A DNA stretch of 64,000 nucleotides. Source: an uncultured delta proteobacterium. GTDB lineage: Bacteria; Desulfobacterota; Binatia; Binatales; Binataceae. Location: assembly GCA_963747115.1 (NCBI GenBank), contig CAVVEB010000019.1, positions 5,824-69,823 of the forward strand, given 5' to 3'. A program made the translations under genes and the position numbers. The notes below the pieces were generated by a model. The model searched no databases and had not been told where the DNA came from. It saw only the letters and a program-made list of their open reading frames with translations. Positions 57,669-64,000 of this stretch are shown in pieces (position 1 is the first letter of the stretch; every line of letters begins with the position of its first letter).

Positions 57669-57712
57669 CCTCGCCCGCTCCGCGGGAGAGGCCGCGCCGC
57701 GCGGGTGAGGGT
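57669..57712 (+). repeat. CCTCGCCC..GGGAGAGGCCG..CGGGTGAGGG REP-like element, copy 1
   Basis: CCTCGCCCGCTCCGCGGGAGAGGCCGCGCCGCGCGGGTGAGGGT, 24 nt downstream of the ACAD stop. Confidence 0.7.
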
Positions 57713-57735
57713 GTCCACTTCCGACTTCCCCTCTC

Positions 57736-58923
57736 CTATCTCGACTTAGGCATCTTCAACCCGCGCTCCGCAATTATGTTCTTCTGTATATGCGACGTGC
57801 CGCCGCCTATCACCAGCCCGAGCGAGAACATCCACTCATACGGCCAGTACCCATGATCCAGGGCCGATTCCTCCTCCCGCGCGAGCATCGCGTAGTCGCC
57901 CATCGCCTCCATCGCCGCGGTCGCGAGATCATGGTTCAGCTCGGTGCCCACCAGCTTGTTGATCATCGCTTCGATACCGGGATTCTTGCCGCGAATCTGA
58001 TCCGTGAGCTGCCGGAGCGCATGCAGTCGCATCGCCTCGACCCGAGTCTCCAGCTCCACGAGCCGCTGTCTGAAGACGGGATCTTTTGTCAGTGGCTTGC
58101 CGGCTCGCTTGATCGATTTCGCCAGGGCGAGCAATCGATTAAACCGCTGCTCGCTTCCGCTCGCGGAGCCGAGCATATTGCGCTCGTGGAACAAGGTAGC
58201 GTTGGCGACAATCCATCCCTCGTTGAGCTTGGCGACCAGGTTTCGCCGCGGCACCCGCACATTATCGAAGAAGACTTCGTTGAAACCCTTGTCGCCGGTC
58301 ATCTGCACCAGCGGACGAACCGTGATTCCAGGCGAATGCATGTCTATTAGAATGTACGAAATCCCCCGATGCTTCGGCGCCTCGGGATCCGTCCGCACCA
58401 GGCAGAACATCATGTCCGCGTGTTGCGCGCCCGAGGTCCAAACTTTCTGCCCATTGACGACGAACTCGTCGCCGACGATCTCCGCGCGCGTCTTCAGCGA
58501 GGCAAGGTCGGAGCCTGCGCCCGGTTCCGAATATCCCTGGCACCAGATCTCCTCGGCGGTAAGAATTTTCGGCAGATATCGTTTCTTCTGTTCTTCGCCG
58601 CCCCACGAGATCAAGGTCGGCCCAAGCATCCCGAGCCCCGACCCGCCGATCAGGTACGGCGCCTTCGCCCGCACCAGTTCATCATTGACGATCGACTGCC
58701 GCACGGGATCCATCTGCTGCCCGCCATATTCACGCGGCCACGCCAGCGCGACATACCCAGCCTTGTATAATTTCCGCTGCCACGCTTTCGCCTTGGCAAG
58801 CCATTCGCGATCTTCGCGCCCCTCCCGCGCAGCCGCAAAATCGCCCTTCGGCACATTCTCATCGAGCCAACGCCGAACGCTAAGCCGAAACGCTTCTTCT
58901 TCAGAGGTAAATTGAAGGTCCAT
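57736..58923 (-). CDS. acyl-CoA dehydrogenase
   Basis: ATG at 58923 (MDLQFTSEEEAFR...). Contains WCQGYSEPGAGSDLASLKT and ...GGGTSHIQKNIIAERGL. The track ORF begins at 58977. Confidence 0.9.
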   Translation of the reverse strand: MDLQFTSEEEAFRLSVRRWLDENVPKGDFAAAREGREDREWLAKAKAWQRKLYKAGYVALAWPREYGGQQMDPVRQSIVNDELVRAKAPYLIGGSGLGMLGPTLISWGGEEQKKRYLPKILTAEEIWCQGYSEPGAGSDLASLKTRAEIVGDEFVVNGQKVWTSGAQHADMMFCLVRTDPEAPKHRGISYILIDMHSPGITVRPLVQMTGDKGFNEVFFDNVRVPRRNLVAKLNEGWIVANATLFHERNMLGSASGSEQRFNRLLALAKSIKRAGKPLTKDPVFRQRLVELETRVEAMRLHALRQLTDQIRGKNPGIEAMINKLVGTELNHDLATAAMEAMGDYAMLAREEESALDHGYWPYEWMFSLGLVIGGGTSHIQKNIIAERGLKMPKSR

Positions 58924-59186
58924 AAATGAAGCCTCAGCATAGTCAAAACCACCCCGCCGCGAAAACCCGCGCAACATGGATTAGAATCAAACGGATTTCG
59001 TTCCGCTTCCCACATGGGAAGGGGTTAGGGGTTAGGTCTTCCGGGGCTCGAGCGAATCTCTCGTCACCCTGAGCGAAGCGAACGGGCCCCGGATCTTTTG
59101 CGACGCGCCCACACTACGGCGTCCTACGGAGCAGGCACCGTTCCAAGTCGATCCAATCCTCTCTTCGCCGATGGCGTTCCTGATAG

Positions 59187-59241
59187 CCTCGCCCTGACAG
59201 GGAGAGGCCGACGCATCGTCTTCAATGCGTCGGGTGAGGGT
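59187..59241 (+). repeat. CCTCGCCC..GGGAGAGGCCG..CGGGTGAGGG REP-like element, copy 2
   Basis: CCTCGCCCTGACAGGGAGAGGCCGACGCATCGTCTTCAATGCGTCGGGTGAGGGT, with internal hairpin CCGACGCAT/ATGCGTCGG. Confidence 0.7.
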
Positions 59242-59526
59242 CCAAATTTTAGGATGCCTTCTCCGCTGTCCGTGGCCCGCTAGATAGACTCGACATCATC
59301 AGAGGACTACAAAAGTCGAAGTGCGGATCGTCTATCGATTTAGTGCCCAATTTCCTTGGCACGAAATTAAATCCGCATCGTCGCGCAAATTCGCGGGAAG
59401 TTCTTCAACTTACACTCACCTAATGGCGGAGTCCAAGCGCGAGCTGGCGGAAAAGATGGACGTCATTACTTAGTGGGGCAAAGAAGCTCGACGAACTAGC
59501 TCCAATTTTTATCGTTCACCAGCGAT

Positions 59527-60402
59527 TCAGGTGTCAGTCCAGCGCGGCAAGTGCGTCGAGAAGGGTGCGCCCGACAGTGCCGCCCGGAGCTCGCTGACGA
59601 ATTCTCGCGCTGCTTGTCGCCCGTTGGGGAATTGGTCGTTTCGATCCCAGCGCCATGCTGCGACCATCGCAAGCATAAGGACCCGGCATTCGCGGAGCAA
59701 CTGTTGATCGGTGCTCCGGTAGAGCACGCTCACCTCGTTGGGCACGTAGGCGAGATCGAACTCGACGGGCCCGCGGCAACAGGTCTCGAGGTCAATGAAC
59801 AGCAGGCCCTTCTTCGTCCTGAGCACGTTGCCCGGGTGTGGCTCGCCGTGCAGGAGTTGTTCGGGGCGCCCGCGAGCGCTGATCGCCTGCCGCAGACTTC
59901 GTAACGTGTTGCTGAGAAGCTCACGATCCGCGTCAACGAGCTCTGGAGTCTGGTCGCGGCTTCCGATAAGCCGTTGGGCGTCGGTGATTCGATCCGTAAT
60001 GTGCGGTGTCGGGAAGTCGATCTGCCGCATGCAGTCATGCAGCCGTTCGAGCGCGTGCGCGTAGTCGGCTGGCGCGAACTCTCGGGACGGCACAGGTTCG
60101 TAGTAGGTCCACAGCGTGACCACAAAGCTGTCACGCACGTAGACGCCCGGCGCGACCCGAGGCTCAAGCGCTGCTACGGGGCTCCCGGTTTCCGCGAGCC
60201 GTAAAGCAAGCTCGACTTCGAACTCCGCCCAGCGCTTGATGCGCTTCTCCGCGACCCGAGCAAGAACGTCGCACGGCAGCAGGCGCACAGCGAGCTTGTT
60301 CGACTCCTGGAGCACGATCGCATCATCGACTGTCAGGCCAAGCGCTGCAGCAGCGCCCATCGCCGCGGCGACCGCACGGTTACGGTTACTCGTCATCGAC
60401 AA
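59527..60402 (-). CDS. aminoglycoside/choline-kinase-type phosphotransferase (APH family)
   Basis: 291-aa ORF with LLHGEPHPGNVL......FIDLETCCRGPVEFDLA (Brenner and DFG-like motifs). Confidence 0.8.
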   Translation of the reverse strand: MSMTSNRNRAVAAAMGAAAALGLTVDDAIVLQESNKLAVRLLPCDVLARVAEKRIKRWAEFEVELALRLAETGSPVAALEPRVAPGVYVRDSFVVTLWTYYEPVPSREFAPADYAHALERLHDCMRQIDFPTPHITDRITDAQRLIGSRDQTPELVDADRELLSNTLRSLRQAISARGRPEQLLHGEPHPGNVLRTKKGLLFIDLETCCRGPVEFDLAYVPNEVSVLYRSTDQQLLRECRVLMLAMVAAWRWDRNDQFPNGRQAAREFVSELRAALSGAPFSTHLPRWTDT

Positions 60403-60663
60403 GGCTTTGAGGGTGAGAGAGAATCGCCAGAAATAGAAATACGTCCGGATTTTTGTTCGAGCCGAGCGCCGCCGTTCCTCGGCACGGGATTTTTCGATGC
60501 GATGTCATTCAATTAACTACTTTTGATTGCGGATCGCGCTCAAGCGGCGCGCGACGCACCTCACGCTGACAGTAAGCCCATCAATTTATGTACGTCAAAG
60601 CGACCGCCTGCGGCCCATGCCGAAGGGCCTCTGATATAGATGGCCACCGCGCGCGCCCGCCTA

Positions 60664-60773
60664 AGTCCGGCGCGTCGACTAGAATGAACAGACAAAGTCG
60701 AGCCAAAGTCACCTAATAGTCGTTGATTTGGCTAGCTGATTTGGTGCGCTGCGGAGTGATCATCCAGTGCGCC
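60664..60773 (-). repeat. dispersed intergenic repeat, copy F
   Basis: See copy E. It overlaps the last codons of ORF 60760..61098. Confidence 0.85.
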
Positions 60774-61098
60774 GGTCCCGCCTATGTCGATCTCTTTCGG
60801 GATCCTCGTCTGCCTCGCTGGATAGGGCTGGCGTTATCGCGGCTGGAATCTTCTCTGGTTTGAACGCGTCACCGGCGAGCCGCTCGATCGGGATACCGGA
60901 AGCGCGGGCCAGTTTGAGGGCATCGATGAGGCGCTCGACCCGCCACTGTTCGATCCAGGTATAGACCGACTGCCGCGCCACGCCGCAAAGCCGCGCGACC
61001 GCGGTGACGCCGCCCGCGAGCTCGACTGCGGCGGCCACCATATTGGATTTGACGCCTCTGAGGCGCTTGGGTCGTCCAGTGCTTTTCCTTCTGGTCAT
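60760..61098 (-). CDS. Cro/YdaS-like helix-turn-helix regulator (prophage)
   Basis: ...AAAVELAGGVTAVARLCGVARQSVYTWIEQ... resembles the YdaS/Cro HTH. An alternative start at 61041 is possible. Confidence 0.6.
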   Translation of the reverse strand: MTRRKSTGRPKRLRGVKSNMVAAAVELAGGVTAVARLCGVARQSVYTWIEQWRVERLIDALKLARASGIPIERLAGDAFKPEKIPAAITPALSSEADEDPERDRHRRDRRTG

Positions 61099-61322
61099 AG
61101 CGTCGGCTCTTTCACGGGCAAGCTACGCGCCCGAATCCATGGTTGCGTCGATTGGACATTGCCACATAGCTCGAAAGCACCCATTAGTGCAACTCCGATA
61201 AAAGGCCAGCAGGCTACATCGAGGCGTAATCGTCTCTATCGAATGACGTCCATCCCATTTGACAACAGAGCGCACCAGAGCAATGTGTGTCCACCACGGG
61301 AGACAACCCATAGGAGGCTGTA

Positions 61323-61733
61323 ATGGACACCAGATGCGAAGCCACAAAGCACGAGATCAGAACCAGACTTGCGTACAGGAACGGCTTCCTGTGCGTGGTC
61401 GCCGAGCGCTGCGACGGACGGCCCACAACCGAAGACGCTCAAGCTCTGGTACCCGGTCAGAGAGGCGGAAGAAGCCGAGGTGCAGACTCTGCTCGGGACG
61501 TCCGGTCACCGGAGATTGATCAAAAGGAAGGGATCTACGTCGACGAAGAAGGGACGGTATTTCAGCTGGCGGAGAAAGGCGAGACCAAACCGATCCTGGT
61601 CGAGGAGACTCCGGGCGAGAGTGGAGAGCTGGAGCAACTGCTGACGGCTTCGCTCGAGAACGGAAAGTCCCGCGAGCAGGAGCGGACTCACGCGTTGCTA
61701 GCGATCGACGGGACGGCGCAAGAAACGCGCTAG
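61323..61733 (+). CDS. hypothetical prophage protein (possibly frameshifted)
   Basis: The acidic C-terminal half looks coding (IDQKEGIYVDEEGTVFQLAEKGETKPILVEE). The N-terminal half looks better in the overlapping frame 61369..61644 (KTLKLWYPVREAEEAEVQTLLGT). Confidence 0.3.
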   Translation: MDTRCEATKHEIRTRLAYRNGFLCVVAERCDGRPTTEDAQALVPGQRGGRSRGADSARDVRSPEIDQKEGIYVDEEGTVFQLAEKGETKPILVEETPGESGELEQLLTASLENGKSREQERTHALLAIDGTAQETR

Positions 61734-61998
61734 AGAAGAGAACGGATCTGCGAAGCCGGATCACGATCAAGTTCCAGCCGCAGAGTCGTAGCGCCGATCA
61801 GTCTTCGCGATACGCCTGATTGGGATCGCGCTGCGACTGCACGAACCCACCCACCTGAACCTGCGCCAGAAGCTGGCCGAGGTCCGCCGCCGAATCGGCT
61901 ACGTCCAGAAGCGCGGCTTCAACGAACGGAACAACTACTCCTACGTCACCGCCGCCGATCTTGCCGGTGCAGTCGGCGACATCCTCGCCGAACTGGGA

Positions 61999-62493
61999 GT
62001 GGTGATCGTTCCGCGGCTGGAATCGATCGCGTACGAACCGGCGCGCAGCAACGGAGCTGAGGCGGCGCGGGCCGCGCAGGTGGTGATGGCCTATACCTTC
62101 ACCGATGTCGAGACCGGCGAAGAGATTACTACCAAAGTGGCCGGCCAGGGACTCGATGCCGGCGACAAGGCTCCCTACAAGGCGATGACCGGAGCATTGA
62201 AGTATGCCCTGCTGCAGTCGTTCCTGCTCGCCACCGGCGATGATCCGGAAGACGAGCGAATCAATCACGCCTCCGGTAATGGCTCCGAGCGACTGATTAC
62301 TCCCGAAGAAGGTCGCCAGCTTCGGGTGCTGGTCGACGAGACCGAGACGGAACTCGATCGCGTGCTCTCCTACTACAAGATCAACTCATTAGAAGAGATG
62401 CGCGAAAGCAGCTACCGGCGGGCAGTCGAACTGCTCAACCGCAAACGGACCCAGCAACAGGCCCAGGGAAATAATCACCATGCCCAGGATTGA
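61999..62493 (+). CDS. ERF-family single-strand annealing (recombination) protein; conserved N-terminus lies upstream of the first canonical start
   Basis: ...GDKAPYKAMTGALKYALLQSFLLATGDDPEDE is ERF-like. The same frame is open from 61792 and reads LNLRQKLAEVRRRIGYVQKRGFNERNNYSYVTAADLAGAVGDIL (typical ERF N-terminus). No ATG/GTG/TTG occurs before 61999. Confidence 0.7.
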   Translation: MVIVPRLESIAYEPARSNGAEAARAAQVVMAYTFTDVETGEEITTKVAGQGLDAGDKAPYKAMTGALKYALLQSFLLATGDDPEDERINHASGNGSERLITPEEGRQLRVLVDETETELDRVLSYYKINSLEEMRESSYRRAVELLNRKRTQQQAQGNNHHAQD

Positions 62494-63388
62494 ACGACTG
62501 GAGCAGAACACCCCCGAGTGGCTGCGCTGGCGGATGGAGGGAATCGGCTCCAGCGACGCTCCGGTGATCATGGGGGAGGGAGCATTCAAGACCCGACGCC
62601 TGCTGTGGGCGATCAAGACCGGACGGGCGCGAGACTTTGCCGGTAATCCCGCTTCCCGTCGAGGTCACGCGCTGGAGGCTATGCCGCGCGCAGCGCCTAC
62701 GAGCGGGAGTCGGGAGTCCAGATGGAGCCGCTGTGTCTTACCCATGACCAGCTGGAGTGGATGCGCGCGTCGCTGGACGGGCTCAGCTTCGATGGCTCCA
62801 CCGTGCTCGAGATCAAGTGCCCGCTCAACGTCCGCGATCAGAACGCCGCCCAGCAGGGACGCGTGCCGTCGCACTACTACGGTCAACTGCAACACCAGCT
62901 CGAGGTCTCGGGTGCGAGTAGAGGCGCACTACTGGTCGTTCGACGGGAGAGTCGGGCGTCTGGTCAGGATCCGCCCGGACCGGGACTACATGAAGCGGCT
63001 GGTCGATGAGGAGGGGGAGTTCTGGAGACGGGTCAAGGAGAACAGATGGCCGGAGCTCGACGACAAGGAAGTGGATATGAGTTCAGACCCTCGCTGGCGG
63101 TCTCTCGCGCTGCAATACCGTCAGGCCAGATCCCGTCTGGATGCGGCGACAGAACAGGAACGCAAGCTGCGGATCATTCTGGACCGCATGGCGAGTGCGC
63201 GGCGCACCTTCGGGTGTGGGGTCGAGGTCCTGAAGAGCTTTCGCCGGGGAACCGTCGACTACGCGGTCATTCCGCAACTGTCCGGAGTGGATCTCGAGAA
63301 GTTCCGCAAGCCCAAGATCGCCGTGACCAGGATCAACCTGATCGAAGCGAACCGCGAAGTATCGACATCGGCACAGGCGCCGTTCTGA
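62480..63388 (+). pseudogene. YqaJ-type viral recombinase exonuclease with two compensating frameshifts
   Basis: The N-terminus (QNTPEWLRWRMEGIGSSDAPVIMG) and C-terminus (VEAHYWSFDGRVGRLVRIRPDRDYMKRLVDEE.EFW) are in the frame of the 302-aa ORF. The catalytic middle (ARSAYERESGVQMEP...ASLDGLSFDGSTVLEIKCP...HYYGQLQHQLEVSGA) reads only in ORF 62722..63009. Confidence 0.7.
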
Positions 63389-63396
63389 TAACCGCT

Positions 63397-63894
63397 ATGG
63401 ATGAGTATCTGTCATTTCGCAACTTCCGTCAGTTCGAGCGCACCCGCAGGGAGATCCGGCTGCCCTACGACCTGCTCAACGACATCCGCTTCCGGCAACT
63501 CTCGGATGCGCGCAAGGCTCATCTGCTGTGTCTGCTCCTGCTGGCCGCGCGGATGGATAACTTCCTCCCCAACCATCCGCTCAAACTGGAACGCCTGATC
63601 GGTGCGACCGAGCTCCTGGATCTCTCGGAACTCGCAGAGTTCCTCGAGGTTGCGGTGCTGGAGCGACCTGTTTCTGAAGACCGCAGAGCCCGCAATCGGA
63701 TTCCCAACAGCCTTAAGGCTGCGGTGATCGTTCGCGACGGCGGCCGCTGCCGCGATTGCTACAGTGCCGTCAACCTGCAGATCGACCACATCGTTCCCCT
63801 GTGCAAGGGCGGCACCTCCGACGAATCCAATCTCCAGACCCTGTGCCGCAGATGCAATCGCCGCAAGTGGAAGAAGCTGGTGGCGCGACTGTGA
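63397..63894 (+). CDS. HNH endonuclease
   Basis: ATG at 63397. C-terminal ...RDGGRCRDCYSAVNLQIDHIVPLCKGGTSDESNLQTLCRRCNRRK. The track ORF starts at 63046 inside the YqaJ gene. Confidence 0.85.
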   Translation: MDEYLSFRNFRQFERTRREIRLPYDLLNDIRFRQLSDARKAHLLCLLLLAARMDNFLPNHPLKLERLIGATELLDLSELAEFLEVAVLERPVSEDRRARNRIPNSLKAAVIVRDGGRCRDCYSAVNLQIDHIVPLCKGGTSDESNLQTLCRRCNRRKWKKLVARL

Positions 63895-64000
63895 GCGAAT
63901 CCGATCACGAACCCCTCAGCATCGCGGCAGAAGTGGCACTGCTCTTCCTGAGTGAGCTCGAGTCGAAGGTTCCTGATAATCCCGAGCTGCTGGTCTCCAG
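63891..64000 (+). CDS. hypothetical protein, 5' part only (runs off the window)
   Basis: The GTG at 63891 overlaps the HNH stop (GTGA). Open to the window end: MSESDHEPLSIAAEVALLFLSELESKVPDNPELLVS. Confidence 0.3.
   Translation, partial: MSESDHEPLSIAAEVALLFLSELESKVPDNPELLVS

Overview
High-GC (about 60% by eye) chromosomal window from a Gram-negative-type bacterium (TolC/RND/outer-membrane barrels present). All product calls come from motif recognition in the ORF track; no database search was possible. From 0 to 27.7 kb the content is mostly ordinary: an AroG-type DAHP synthase, a ZIP metal transporter, a large polytopic membrane protein, and a 1307-aa surface protein (Kelch propeller / Thr-Ala linkers / Gly-rich module / choice-of-anchor-D-like repeats). 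It also holds an SBP56 (methanethiol-oxidase family) gene divergent from peroxiredoxin + DsbA, a TolC-MFP-RND efflux operon (MFP frameshifted), an Ig-repeat/SLT-like secreted protein and an ICMT-family methyltransferase. From tRNA-Leu(CAA) at 27.76 kb onward the window is accessory, mosaic and visibly decaying. This part contains a mobile-element remnant without an integrase (terminase small subunit, IS3 transposase fragment, excisionase, 5'-3' exonuclease) and a phospholipase-C/phosphoesterase-family protein with a ~180-aa Thr-Ala linker. It also has long lower-GC non-coding stretches, a completely eroded tetR-MFP-RND operon, a chimeric pseudogene paralogous to the phosphoesterase C-terminus, a tRNA-Ser(UGA) 3'-half fragment and two eroded FtsX-type ABC permeases. 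Small redox/VOC/cupin genes, two acyl-CoA dehydrogenases and an APH-family kinase follow. The window ends with the start of a prophage-like recombination module (Cro-like HTH, ERF, YqaJ exonuclease with two compensating frameshifts, HNH endonuclease). The most striking unexplained signal is a dispersed 110-170 bp intergenic repeat family (seven copies between 32 and 61 kb). Several other repeat systems are present: GAAACC palindromes, a CAGGGAA array next to the terminase gene, GGTTTAY iteron-like inverted repeats, and CCTCGCCC...GGGAGAGG...GGTGAGGG REP-like elements. I found no CRISPR array, no rRNA and no recognisable complete defence or toxin-antitoxin system.
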